This document shows positions 44,417 to 54,485 of a stretch of 64,000 nucleotides of DNA, piece after piece. A program made the translations under genes and the position numbers. The notes under the pieces were generated by a model, which was not told the DNA's origin, ran no database searches, and saw nothing but the letters and a program-made list of their open reading frames with translations. Where the stretch lies: NCBI GenBank assembly GCA_964532495.1, contig CAZHJZ010000003.1, positions 3,658-67,657 of the forward strand. The letters run 5' to 3'. Origin of the DNA: an uncultured Candidatus Saccharibacteria bacterium (GTDB taxonomy: Bacteria > Patescibacteriota > Minisyncoccia > Phycocordibacterales > UBA9973). The number at the start of each line of letters is the position of its first letter. Position 1 is the stretch's first letter.

Positions 44417-47122
44417 TTACAATGGCTTCAAGAAATGATTTCGTACAAGCCATGCATGCTGTTCCTTGTTCATATGGAGCATGTAATCAGGATGGTGGGT
44501 ACGGACATTTTCCAAGTACTTTTCAATAGTCCAGCCTTTTTCAAATACGATGTGGTGAGCCTGCATATCAGCGATCGCTTTGTAGAGCGGTGTTGCCGCA
44601 TCATGGTGGTGGATTACATCGAGCATGAACTGGTCGTCGATATATCGTACTGGTTTGGACAAGAGGCTGAGAACACGGTCGCTCGATATCGTAGGATATG
44701 GATTGATGTGTGAGTCATAAATGTTACCGGCTGGAGGCTGAACCGGACCAGTATAGTGGCCGTTAGGATAGTCGTTCAAGCTGTACGGCTGATTGATCTG
44801 GTATCCAGCGGTTATTTGTCCTGGATTTGCTGCACTCATAATCGGCTGGGCTGTGCCATTTCCATAGAGATGTGGCGGCTGCTGCTGCCAGAAGTCTGGA
44901 ACGTATTGAGCAGGACCTTGAGGATAGCCGTAACCGCTATTCTGGAATCGTGCTTCTTGCGCAGCGAGCCGATTCATCAATCGTTCTTCGTGGCGAAGGT
45001 CGATACCATTTGGGTGATGCTTCCACCACAGCTTGGTATGCCACTTACCATGAATATCGTAGGGAGGATTCGCTTTTCCTGGGATGCTGTCCGGTGAAGG
45101 ATCGTGAGGATGGTTGTTCTGCCAATCCCAGTAGTCTTTGCCGTCCACAGTAGGAGGAGTATCAAGGTTAACTTTAGGCAATCCGTTGTCTGGATCAAGA
45201 GCTGGATCATGATCAACTACAGGATCTGGTGCGGGAGCAACATCATGTTTTGCTTGGTAATCAAAGAATCTCTCGTCGTTGTTGTGGTTGAGGACACCAG
45301 AGTGGCTTCCATCAGCACCTTGTGTCATAAGGACATCATCAGTCGCTTTTCCTGCAGCATTTCGTAGGCTGTGAGAAATAATTTTTCCTGTCCCGTCAAA
45401 TCTGATCGATGAACCCTTGAGCATATTAATACTCTCGTTTATATCGTCAGGACGGTAATCTCCGAATTTTATTGCAAGGTCGTCGGCTCGAGAGTTCATG
45501 ATCTCTTGGTATTCAGGAGGAACCTGATCCTTGGGAACGCCTTCGTACGCTTTTGAAAGCGCGCTCTTCACATGTGCCCAAGTATCGATCGCACCCTTTG
45601 AAGAGTAATCCACTTCGATAGGTTTGAATTGATAGTGGTGGGTTGGAGCTGGAGGCGTATCTGGGCCAGGTGCAGGAGGAACTACAGTTGCGTCTGGGAA
45701 CCATTTTTCAAACATGCTTCCAACTCCATGAGAAGCAAGCATACCCAACCCTACTCCTGCTCCGATGCGAACGATGAAATCGCTTCGGTGCTTCCAAGCA
45801 TCCAAACTCGCTATCTTGCGCAAGCGCTCGTTGTGAAGATCCTGGATAGCTTTGAAGTTTTCAGGAGTCATTGGCTGGCTAGAAAGTTCAGCTTGTTTGG
45901 CTGCATATTCCACATTCGCCTCTTCCATTCTTTTATCAAAATTGTAGATCTTGTCTTTTGCCATGACTGCAATACCTCCGGCGGTTGCACCAAACGCCTG
46001 TCCTGCGGCGATCGCTCCGGCTTTCATTGCAAGTGTTTTTAGGGTCAAGACTTTTCCTGCTGCGAGTGCTGCACCTGCGGCACTACCAGTAATCCACGCT
46101 CCGCTCGTTGCCGCGATAAGAACTGAAACAGGAATACCGATAGCCATGGAGAGCGCGAATTTTTCTGCTTTATTGAGTCCCTTGTACCATGTCATTACTT
46201 TTCCAAGTTTTGCACGGAGCGGAGTTGGAAGCTGTTCTTTCTTTTCTACGATCAGCTTTGTCTTTTCTGCAATTACTAATGTATTGAAAATAGTGCCGGC
46301 TTTGTATTGTGCAAGCGCAAGTTCCATTTCAGCGGGGGTCTTCCCTTCTGCAATGAGTTCTGCTTTTTTGGTTTCGAACATTTCGTTACCTCGAGCAAGG
46401 AGAGCCTTGTTGTAGACTTCCTGCTTCGCTTTGATCTTGTCCTGCGTAGCCTTGTCTTCAGCATCTTCGAACTTGATAGCGCCCCACTGTAAATTGTCTT
46501 GTATTTTATTCTTGATCTTGCCGAAGAAGCCTCTCTCTTCGCGCTTGGTCATAAATTCCTGGTGTGCCGCAAAGTAGTCGAGTCGAGCATCATCCAAAGC
46601 GACTTCGATATCGGTTTTAGGAATTTCAACTTCTGCCGGCGCAGCAACTTCAGCTGTACCTTCTGCAGATGCCAATCCCAATTTCTCGGCAGTAGCTTTT
46701 CTGCTTTCATGAATCGGAGGATCTATGTATTCTTTGTTTGCCAAGCGAGCTTCAGACTCAAGAGTAGCCGCATCTTTTTCGCCTCCTTCAAGAGTTTCAG
46801 CGAGGGCTTCTTTTGCACCTTCTTCAACCGCAGCTACTTTTACTTCAGCAGCCGTAGTGAGAACTGCCACTTTCTTTGGGTCGCCGCCGGCTTTTGTTGC
46901 TCTCTTTGCTCCTGCTTCGAGTTTGGTTTTTGCTTCTTTGGCTTTGCGTTCAATTATTTTCAGGCGAGCATTATAAACGTCTTCAAGGCTATGAGCAGCT
47001 ACCTCAGCAAGGTCGATCTTTTCCAAGTCTTCCTTGGTGCTAGTTCCACGGATCTTTTCCTTGAGATTTTTTTTCTCAGTAGCTTTTGGATCTTCGGTTT
47101 TCTTTTTTTCTGGTGATGACAT
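44417..47122 (-). CDS. large membrane protein (901 aa): charged Lys/Glu/Ala-rich N-terminal region, central TM helices, Pro-rich linker, C-terminal His/Pro/Asp-rich domain
   Basis: Track ORF. TM segments LSMAIGIPVSVLIAATSGAWITGSAAGAALAAG and IVRIGAGVGLGMLASHGVG. No recognisable family. Confidence 0.55.
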   Translation of the reverse strand: MSSPEKKKTEDPKATEKKNLKEKIRGTSTKEDLEKIDLAEVAAHSLEDVYNARLKIIERKAKEAKTKLEAGAKRATKAGGDPKKVAVLTTAAEVKVAAVEEGAKEALAETLEGGEKDAATLESEARLANKEYIDPPIHESRKATAEKLGLASAEGTAEVAAPAEVEIPKTDIEVALDDARLDYFAAHQEFMTKREERGFFGKIKNKIQDNLQWGAIKFEDAEDKATQDKIKAKQEVYNKALLARGNEMFETKKAELIAEGKTPAEMELALAQYKAGTIFNTLVIAEKTKLIVEKKEQLPTPLRAKLGKVMTWYKGLNKAEKFALSMAIGIPVSVLIAATSGAWITGSAAGAALAAGKVLTLKTLAMKAGAIAAGQAFGATAGGIAVMAKDKIYNFDKRMEEANVEYAAKQAELSSQPMTPENFKAIQDLHNERLRKIASLDAWKHRSDFIVRIGAGVGLGMLASHGVGSMFEKWFPDATVVPPAPGPDTPPAPTHHYQFKPIEVDYSSKGAIDTWAHVKSALSKAYEGVPKDQVPPEYQEIMNSRADDLAIKFGDYRPDDINESINMLKGSSIRFDGTGKIISHSLRNAAGKATDDVLMTQGADGSHSGVLNHNNDERFFDYQAKHDVAPAPDPVVDHDPALDPDNGLPKVNLDTPPTVDGKDYWDWQNNHPHDPSPDSIPGKANPPYDIHGKWHTKLWWKHHPNGIDLRHEERLMNRLAAQEARFQNSGYGYPQGPAQYVPDFWQQQPPHLYGNGTAQPIMSAANPGQITAGYQINQPYSLNDYPNGHYTGPVQPPAGNIYDSHINPYPTISSDRVLSLLSKPVRYIDDQFMLDVIHHHDAATPLYKAIADMQAHHIVFEKGWTIEKYLENVRTHHPDYMLHMNKEQHAWLVRNHFLKPL

Positions 47123-47144
47123 GCTTAGAGTATTATGCTGATAA

Positions 47145-47348
47145 CTATGATTTGAGCTCCTTTTCTAATTGCTTCACTTTTTCTTGCTTGAGCTGATCTA
47201 TATATTCGTCTATTTCTTGCTTATGCCGTTCGGTAATAGCCTCAAGCTCAGCCATGGCTTCTTTATAGATAATATCGATTTGTTCTATTGCTTCATCTTG
47301 TGCCATATGTATTGCTACAAGTATACCAAACTGTTTATCTCCCCGCAC
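47145..47348 (-). CDS. small coiled-coil protein (67 aa), hypothetical
   Basis: Tightly packed between large co-directional genes; heptad-like Glu/Lys-rich sequence. Confidence 0.35.
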   Translation of the reverse strand: MRGDKQFGILVAIHMAQDEAIEQIDIIYKEAMAELEAITERHKQEIDEYIDQLKQEKVKQLEKELKS

Positions 47349-47392
47349 TATATATATGCCCCCTCCTCTCCCGTCTTCCCGGCAAGCGTTCC

Positions 47393-47617
47393 TTATTGAA
47401 ACAAAACCCCAGGATGTATTCTCGTATCCTTGCTCTCATTTTCTGCGATCAAACGCCTCATCCACAGCTCATCTCGTTCCGCGGTAATCCTGATTGCCTC
47501 GTCACTAGATGTTTCAGCGGAAAGTGAGCGCGCTTTATTTTCGGCAAGCATTAAGGCCTGCTTGATTTCAGCAAGATTTAGGTCGGACCATGTTGTTCGT
47601 TCTGGTAGAGTGTTCAT
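47393..47617 (-). CDS. small hypothetical protein (74 aa)
   Basis: Co-directional, with a 9-nt gap to the 1096-aa gene upstream. Confidence 0.35.
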   Translation of the reverse strand: MNTLPERTTWSDLNLAEIKQALMLAENKARSLSAETSSDEAIRITAERDELWMRRLIAENESKDTRIHPGVLFQ

Positions 47618-47626
47618 TGGTTTGAT

Positions 47627-50600
47627 TTAAAATGCCGCCAACCGTCGCTCGTACTTGTCATTGATAGCATCAATCTTTTCTTGGGTCTTCTGTACCATAT
47701 CGAGGAGCTTCAATGCTCGAGGGTCGCGGCTCTTTACTGCCGGTGTATTTGCAAGTTCTTCCGCTGAGTAATCTGTTCCATCCATGTTTATGAATGCTCG
47801 TCCAGGTATTGGGTTTCCTCTCTCGTCTTCTACCTCTACTCCCCAATCCATATCTGCTGGAATGATGTCAGTGCTGTAGTAGTCATCAAGTTCTCGAGTG
47901 CGCTCTCGGATAACGCTTGCTTCCCATTGCGCGCGGACTTTTTCTTTTGTTTTGGAAATGAGCTGATTGTATTCTCGCTGGTTTCTGACTGCGCTGAATG
48001 CTGCGGCTGTTTCAGCTTTGTCAGTTCCTGAAAGTAAATTAACAATCTTATCAACAAGGACTTTATCAACTTGCGCAGGTCCTTCCGGATTTGGAATCGA
48101 TGAGCCAGCTGTTTCGGTAGAAGGTCTTCCTGTAGGCGCAGCCGGAGCAGTTGGTGCAGCAGGAGTCTTTGGAGCTTGGGCTGCTTGTTTAGCTCGCTTC
48201 ATTTCTACTAGTTCTGTATATGTAATTGGCTTAGGGGCTGCCCCTGTTCCCCCATTCAAGAGGAAATGGTAGTAGGCGTGAATATTGTAATGTTCAGTAG
48301 AAAGTTCAATAAGTTCTTTTTCAGCCGCCTCTTTGTCAGCCGGTGCTGGTGATGCCAAGATTCGTTCGATAACAACATATCGCTGTGTCAGTGCCTCAAG
48401 GGCTTTTTCTCGTTCAAGTGTTTTAGCAGTTTCAAGTACGCCAGATCCGCTTGGCGTGACTTTTGTTTCAGTCGGTGCTGGCGCTGTTGTGATTTTCGGA
48501 GCTTCAGTTGTAGATGCTGATACTGCAGGCTCGGTTTCTACTACTGTTTCTTCTGAACCAGCGGCGATAACTGCATCCCCCTCTTCTTCCTCGCTTGGTG
48601 TTCCGCCTGCGAGGTTAAGCTTGCTCTCATCAAAGAGCGTTGCAAATTCTGATTCTGGCAATCCGCGCAATTCTTCAAGACGGGCGAGTTTTGCTTCCCA
48701 GAGCTGTCCTTCCTGGGTCAGTCCGGCGATCTTATCGCGAAGCATTTTATTGCGGGTTACGATATTTCGAGCCGTGCTGTCTTTTGACTCGTTAATTTTC
48801 GCTTCGAACATCGCTCTGTTTTCCTGAGTTCGTCGGAGGAAGCCTTCCAAAATAGTTTTTGCTTCAGCAAGTTTCTGCGGGTATGTCTTTTTTTCAAGAC
48901 GAGTGAGAGCTCTAACGATGCGGCGAGTCTGCCATTCAGTTGAAGTAACCAAATTATCACCATTGTCGATATTGAGCCCAACATAGTTTAAGAGCTGGAA
49001 CTTGCTGATATGAGAACCGTCGCTGCCTCGGTTTTTATCTGGATAGTTCAAAACCATCGAGCCGCGAACGATAATAGCGTTCGGGTCTTTCTTCTGCATA
49101 CGATTGTAGAGAGGATTGAGCTTGCGGTTTGGGAATGAAATGAAATAGCCTTTTTTCTCCGGCTCAGAACGGATGAATGTATCATATCCAAGCATGTACG
49201 CTGCGTGTGCGGTAAGAGGAACTGGATTTATTTCTACTGGTTCATCTATCCCCTTTTCCTCGTCACGAACCATCTTGTATGTTGGCTCGTAGTACAATAC
49301 TTTCCCAAGTTCGTTGGAATATGTTTTGTTTCCCAAAGCTACACGGCTGTTTTCGTGCCATGCAGCGCCAACGATACTTTTGTTGACCATTTTCTGAGCT
49401 CTGCGAGTAAGATATCTGACCGTAGTTGTAGTGGGCTTTTCGCCTGAAGTCGTGCACGAGCGGGAAAGTTCTTCATCAGTAAGGGGCTCGTAAGGATTTT
49501 TCCCAGCTTTGAAAAACTCTATAAGAGTTTCAACCGAAAGAACCTTGTGTAATCCAACAAGGGTTTTTGCATAATTATTCTTGAACCAAGTAGGATCTTC
49601 TTCATGTCGAGGATATGACATGTTGTCTACATCAGTAATGAAAGAAACGAATTCTCTCATCCATGGTTCGACTTTTTCAATGCGTCCGACTTTAATAAGC
49701 GTTTCGAGTACGATTTCTGCACTTGAAGTCTTGATCCAAAGATTGTCGTAGTGATGGTTAGCTTCCAGGCGATCTGTTCCAACAGTGAGTAGTCCTTTTG
49801 AATTTCCAGCATCTACTAGAATACCTCTATCAGTGCTTGTCCCCTTTGGAATAGATTCATTCGGTCCATTTTTTGATTTGCCAAAAACACGGAGCAGGTA
49901 AATAGCCGCTTTTGCATCGAGGTCTGGCTGTTCATGAGTGACGATTGGAAGATCTGCACGATCTAAGAGTGCATTGATCTCGTTCTTCATTTCCGGAGTG
50001 ATGATCTCTTCGAGTTTCTTTGCGGTAACATTGTTAGCGCGCTTAGCTTCTCGAGATCGTTCTGCTTTTACTTGAGCCGCGAGATCGAGTTTGACCGCAT
50101 CAATTGTCTTGCCAGAAAGTTCCTGTGCTTTTTGGATGGCAGCAGCGTTGTTCGGTATAGCGTCAAGTTCTGCTTGTGGTAGTTTCTTTACCTTTATCAA
50201 GTAGGCGTACGCAGTCGAAATGTCTTCAGAAAGTTTTATTTTTTCCGCCTGTTCGCGTTCTGCTTTTTCATCAGCAGCAAGCTTTTGTATCATTTTAGCG
50301 AGCTGTGCGTCGGTCTTCCCTGCGAGTTCTGCTTCTTCGTATTCGCCAGAAGCTACCAACTGGTTGACCTTCTCTTGGCGTTCCAGAACTTTCTTTTCCT
50401 TGGCTTCTTTAGCCGCTTTTTCTTTTTCTTCAGCCTGAGCTACCAGTTCAGCAAGTTCGGCAGTGCTTTTGCCGCTGACTTCCATTCCTGGGTGAAGCAC
50501 GAGTACTTTCTTTGCGAGTTCTACGCGCTCATCGAGTTTGTCCTGGTCGTCTTTTGAAAGCTTGATGGATTCGAGATTTTTCTTTTCTTTATCAATAACA

Positions 50601-50917
50601 GGCTTCGGAACTGATCCTCCGCGTTCGACTGTTGTTTCTTGTGCGATAAGGTTCACGATCTCGCGAAGCTTTGTTTTTGCTTGGGCAACATATTTTTTTC
50701 CTTCTTCCGATGTATCAGTTTTGTATTTAAGTAAAATACCGCCGTATGCTTTTTTGCCGGCTTCAAATATTTTGCTGTCGTCTGACAGAAGGTCTGCCAA
50801 TTCACCGCTCGGAATAACCGCGTCCAATAAATCCTGAGGAATTTTTTTTATCTCATTCCTAATTCGCTGCTTATTTCCTTTAAAATCTTCTGGTTGGGTG
50901 AATTTTTCTTTAGGCAT
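47627..50917 (-). CDS. giant charged protein (1096 aa) with coiled-coil N-terminal third and a central region carrying degenerate DHH-phosphoesterase-like motifs
   Basis: Lys/Glu/Ala-rich N-terminal ~330 aa. Then IVTHEQPDLDAKAAIYLL (DHH motif I-like), ILVDAGNS (motif II-like) and EANHHYDN (DHH with Asp->Asn). C-terminal region with Pro/Ala/Thr-rich linkers. Confidence 0.6.
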   Translation of the reverse strand: MPKEKFTQPEDFKGNKQRIRNEIKKIPQDLLDAVIPSGELADLLSDDSKIFEAGKKAYGGILLKYKTDTSEEGKKYVAQAKTKLREIVNLIAQETTVERGGSVPKPVIDKEKKNLESIKLSKDDQDKLDERVELAKKVLVLHPGMEVSGKSTAELAELVAQAEEKEKAAKEAKEKKVLERQEKVNQLVASGEYEEAELAGKTDAQLAKMIQKLAADEKAEREQAEKIKLSEDISTAYAYLIKVKKLPQAELDAIPNNAAAIQKAQELSGKTIDAVKLDLAAQVKAERSREAKRANNVTAKKLEEIITPEMKNEINALLDRADLPIVTHEQPDLDAKAAIYLLRVFGKSKNGPNESIPKGTSTDRGILVDAGNSKGLLTVGTDRLEANHHYDNLWIKTSSAEIVLETLIKVGRIEKVEPWMREFVSFITDVDNMSYPRHEEDPTWFKNNYAKTLVGLHKVLSVETLIEFFKAGKNPYEPLTDEELSRSCTTSGEKPTTTTVRYLTRRAQKMVNKSIVGAAWHENSRVALGNKTYSNELGKVLYYEPTYKMVRDEEKGIDEPVEINPVPLTAHAAYMLGYDTFIRSEPEKKGYFISFPNRKLNPLYNRMQKKDPNAIIVRGSMVLNYPDKNRGSDGSHISKFQLLNYVGLNIDNGDNLVTSTEWQTRRIVRALTRLEKKTYPQKLAEAKTILEGFLRRTQENRAMFEAKINESKDSTARNIVTRNKMLRDKIAGLTQEGQLWEAKLARLEELRGLPESEFATLFDESKLNLAGGTPSEEEEGDAVIAAGSEETVVETEPAVSASTTEAPKITTAPAPTETKVTPSGSGVLETAKTLEREKALEALTQRYVVIERILASPAPADKEAAEKELIELSTEHYNIHAYYHFLLNGGTGAAPKPITYTELVEMKRAKQAAQAPKTPAAPTAPAAPTGRPSTETAGSSIPNPEGPAQVDKVLVDKIVNLLSGTDKAETAAAFSAVRNQREYNQLISKTKEKVRAQWEASVIRERTRELDDYYSTDIIPADMDWGVEVEDERGNPIPGRAFINMDGTDYSAEELANTPAVKSRDPRALKLLDMVQKTQEKIDAINDKYERRLAAF

Positions 50918-50927
50918 ATATGTGTAA

Positions 50928-52664
50928 TTAGTCTAACATATCTTCTATCTCCTTACGAAGCTTTTCGAGGTAGTCGATCACATTTTGACGTTTCTTTTCA
51001 TCTTCTGTCGCCAATTTGTTTTCAGATACTCCGAGTTTTTCATGAATCCAATTGAGAACGTATCCGGGTCCTTTTTCATTGATCATGTCAGTCGCTTCTT
51101 CCATTGTCAGTCCGAGTTCAACAAGTTCTTTTCTCAATTTTGCACCGATGCCTTTGTGCGTTTCCATTCCTTCTTTCGGTTGATAGAGATCTTTGGCTTG
51201 CACATGTTCTGTCTCGTAAGCTTGATTTTTGGGACTAAGGTTTTTGAATACATTAGTTGTGCGGAAAAGATTTTGAGGATTCATTTTTGTTCGTTTGTCC
51301 TCGTTGTACCCCTCTTTCATCAGATCTTCGGGAATGTCTGAGAAAATAGATTGGTCTTCCTCGTCTTCTTTCCATGCGGGAATATCCATTATTCCTGAAG
51401 CTTCAATCTTTTCATTCTCCGTAGGCTGGATCGCTTCCATGTCTCGAAACTCATGCCACGCATTGTCTGTATCAGCTTCAGCTTCCGGTCGATCACTGAT
51501 GTATGCAACATTTTTCCCAGTAATAGTTTCAACAACTGGAATCTTCTTTGTGATTCCAGTACTGTTAGTAATTGTTATCGTAATATTCTCGCCGATTGAA
51601 GCGATCTCTTCCACTGTCCAGAATTCTCCATTCTTGTCTTTGTACTGTTTTTCTTTAGTTAGAACAAATGGTAAGCCTTCCTCGGAGAGATTGAGTCTTT
51701 TCCATATCTTTATTTCTTCTTCTGTGGAATTTTCAGATACTTCTTCAGGTGCAATCTCGGTCGTTTGTTTTACTTCAGTAGCAGGCGTAACTCCAGCAGC
51801 TTCTTTTTCCTGACGTGAAAGTTCCATCTTGTTTCCCAAGATGCGGAGTACTTCTTTCTTGTCTTTCTTCTGCCAGTCGGTAAGGACGACCCATTCCTGT
51901 TGTTTAAGATCATTCTCTATCTCGAGCAACATTGTGTTTTCATCTTCGCCAATTTTATTGATGATCCACGTCTTGCCATTGTTGTCTTCAAGCACGTCGC
52001 CTTTTTCGAGACTGATGATTCCTTTTGTTTTCTCGTCTTCAAGATCAAGCGGTAAATCGCTTACGCCAAACGGCGGCTCAGTAGTGAATCCCAAAATATT
52101 CTTTCCATTTTGAGCAACGAGAACGCGAGTTCCATTATCATTATCAAGTTCTACAACTTTGTATTTTCTAAAAAAGTTTTTTTTGCCGTCGAAACCATCA
52201 ACGCTGAACTCTCCTGTTGAGGGATCGGTGTTGCGGATCATAAAAGCCTGTCCGAGGTTGCTGAAAATCAGAGTGCCGGGTTTCATGTCGAGCATCTCGA
52301 AAATGTTTTCTTGTTCCTCTTCTATTTGTATAGGAACTTCTTTTTTAACAAACGGTGTTCGGATTGGCGTAGGCGTTTCAATAGCCGGCTTCTTTTGTGT
52401 GGAAGAAATCGTAATATTGAGAGCCTGCAATAGCTTGGTTACTAGTTTCCCTGCTATTTGCTTGTCGGTTACGTATTGTTCTACAAGATATGTGACCTGT
52501 TCTCCAGTGTCTTTAGTGTTTGCGAGCTTTGCGAGTTTCTTGCCAATTTCTCCGCTGACGAACTCAGCCATGGCTTTGTCTCTCATCCCGCTTGAAAAAG
52601 CCTGATTGATGGCATCAAGGTAGTTCTGTCCAGCACCTTCAGCTCCCGCAGGCTTGTTCTCCAT
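50928..52664 (-). CDS. hypothetical acidic protein (578 aa)
   Basis: Track ORF, co-directional. Own promoter TTGACT-N17-TATAAT with the ATG ~5 nt downstream. Confidence 0.55.
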   Translation of the reverse strand: MENKPAGAEGAGQNYLDAINQAFSSGMRDKAMAEFVSGEIGKKLAKLANTKDTGEQVTYLVEQYVTDKQIAGKLVTKLLQALNITISSTQKKPAIETPTPIRTPFVKKEVPIQIEEEQENIFEMLDMKPGTLIFSNLGQAFMIRNTDPSTGEFSVDGFDGKKNFFRKYKVVELDNDNGTRVLVAQNGKNILGFTTEPPFGVSDLPLDLEDEKTKGIISLEKGDVLEDNNGKTWIINKIGEDENTMLLEIENDLKQQEWVVLTDWQKKDKKEVLRILGNKMELSRQEKEAAGVTPATEVKQTTEIAPEEVSENSTEEEIKIWKRLNLSEEGLPFVLTKEKQYKDKNGEFWTVEEIASIGENITITITNSTGITKKIPVVETITGKNVAYISDRPEAEADTDNAWHEFRDMEAIQPTENEKIEASGIMDIPAWKEDEEDQSIFSDIPEDLMKEGYNEDKRTKMNPQNLFRTTNVFKNLSPKNQAYETEHVQAKDLYQPKEGMETHKGIGAKLRKELVELGLTMEEATDMINEKGPGYVLNWIHEKLGVSENKLATEDEKKRQNVIDYLEKLRKEIEDMLD

Positions 52665-52701
52665 TGTTATATTATATAATACTTAATTAGAAAAGTCAAT
52701 A

Positions 52702-53010
52702 CTACTTCCCAACCTGGCTCATGACCGCTTCACTGTCTGCATGAAACTGCTCTGCCTCCTCTTGGAGGATAGTTTCAAAGTTCGGCACTTCCTTGGAGAG
52801 GAATGCTACGAGCTGCTCAGGGTTTGCCTGGCTTGTGACTAATGCTTCAAGCTGCTTCTGCTGATCTTCTGACATCTGCGGCATAACTCGGATGAGTACT
52901 CCTTCGAAGATCAAGCCTGCGATCTGTTCAACCATTTTGTCCTGTTCATCTGCTGGAAGGGACTCGAGGTGGTAAATTGTTACAAGCATGTCGCGCATTG
53001 AGATAGCCAT
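52702..53010 (-). CDS. small hypothetical protein (102 aa)
   Basis: Track ORF at the head of the co-directional block. Confidence 0.4.
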   Translation of the reverse strand: MAISMRDMLVTIYHLESLPADEQDKMVEQIAGLIFEGVLIRVMPQMSEDQQKQLEALVTSQANPEQLVAFLSKEVPNFETILQEEAEQFHADSEAVMSQVGK

Positions 53011-53399
53011 AATTGTGAATGTTCGCCGAAGCGAAGAAATTATTGATTAATTGCTTCAATAAGTATATCACAGGCGAAAAATTGGCGTTTTTGTTTTCCA
53101 CATACCTGGGGATTGTCAAGATTGACTTGGGTACCCAGCCACGCTACCCTTGATGTATTGGGCAGCTACTCTTATATTCGTCCAATACTCCTGTACTGGA
53201 AGTCGTCTAAAAAGCCTTATATTTAAAGGGTTTTAAGACATCCTGTTCCCCTGTAACGCATTCTAGCCTTATATTTCAAAGGTATATCGGCTGGGTGTTT
53301 TTAGATAGGCTTATAGACCAAAACCCACAAGACCTCGAGGTACGCGTGACTGGCACACCCCCTCAAGCGAAAAAGTCCTTATTTTCCAAGCTTTTCTTA

Positions 53400-54485
53400 A
53401 TGAAGCTTGTTTTGACGTCTCAGTTCATTCTTTCAATTGGCCTCTTCCCCGTACTAGCCCAGGCAAGCATTTTATCGATTTTTGGTCTTGGTGAGACTGC
53501 TTCAGCCCAATCAATACCCACTTCAGCAGTACTAAACTCCCAGACCGTGGCATTATTGCAGGCTACGCTCCCTATGGACAAAGCTGACGATGAAGACGGC
53601 TTGTCTGTTGTTGCTGATAATGCTCTCTCTGCTCAGACTGGTCCTCTTGGAACACAGGCAGATTCCTCAATTGATGAAGTTGTGCCTGATTCTACTGAGA
53701 TCTATACATATGTAGTGCGAAATGGTGACAACCTTCCTGCTATTTCAAAAATGCTTGGCGTTTCCGTCGGGACGATCGTATGGGCGAACGACCTCTCCGG
53801 CAAAAATGCTAAGCTCGTTCCTGGCCAAGTTTTGGCTATTCTGCCAGTTTCTGGAATCTCGTACACGGTAAAGAAGGGCGATACTGTTTCTGGTATTGCC
53901 AAGCAGTTCAAGGTTGATGCTGATGAAATCGGCAAATTCAACGGCCTTGAGCTCGATAGCAAGCTTGCTGCTGGAGACAAAATCATTGTTCCAGGCGCTG
54001 AGCTCTCTCTTCCCGCTGCTTCGACAAAATCATCCGGAACAAAGTCTAATTCCAAGCTTCCTATTGTGGCATATGGCGCTACTCGATTGCTTCCTGGTAA
54101 TGATGGCCCTGATCTTGGTGGTTACTTCCGACGTCCTGTTGACGGCTGTACGCGAACGCAAGGCGCTCACGGTAAAAATGGTGTTGATATCGGTTGCCCA
54201 GTCGGTACTCCGATCTACGCTGCAGCAAGTGGAACGGTTTTGATAGCAAAGACTACTGGATGGAATGGAGGTTTTGGTATGTATGTGGTTATTAACCATC
54301 CAAATGGAACACAAACACTCTACGGACATATGAGCAAGGTTACAGTCTCTCCGGGGCAAGCTGTTTCAAAAGGAGAGCAGATCGGATTGATGGGTTCGAC
54401 TGGACGTTCGACCGGCAGTCATGTTCACTTTGAAGTTCACGGTGCGATAAACCCAATCGCGGTGAACGCGAGATACGGACTCTAA
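53400..54485 (+). CDS. LysM-domain M23-family peptidoglycan endopeptidase
   Basis: Two LysM repeats (YVVRNGDNLPAISKMLGVSVGTIVWAN... and YTVKKGDTVSGIAKQFKVDADEIGKFN...). M23 motifs HGKNGVDIG...GSTGRSTGSHVHFEVH. Start set at MKLVLTSQFILSIGLFPVLAQA (signal peptide); the track ORF begins at GTG 53295. Confidence 0.85.
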   Translation: MKLVLTSQFILSIGLFPVLAQASILSIFGLGETASAQSIPTSAVLNSQTVALLQATLPMDKADDEDGLSVVADNALSAQTGPLGTQADSSIDEVVPDSTEIYTYVVRNGDNLPAISKMLGVSVGTIVWANDLSGKNAKLVPGQVLAILPVSGISYTVKKGDTVSGIAKQFKVDADEIGKFNGLELDSKLAAGDKIIVPGAELSLPAASTKSSGTKSNSKLPIVAYGATRLLPGNDGPDLGGYFRRPVDGCTRTQGAHGKNGVDIGCPVGTPIYAAASGTVLIAKTTGWNGGFGMYVVINHPNGTQTLYGHMSKVTVSPGQAVSKGEQIGLMGSTGRSTGSHVHFEVHGAINPIAVNARYGL

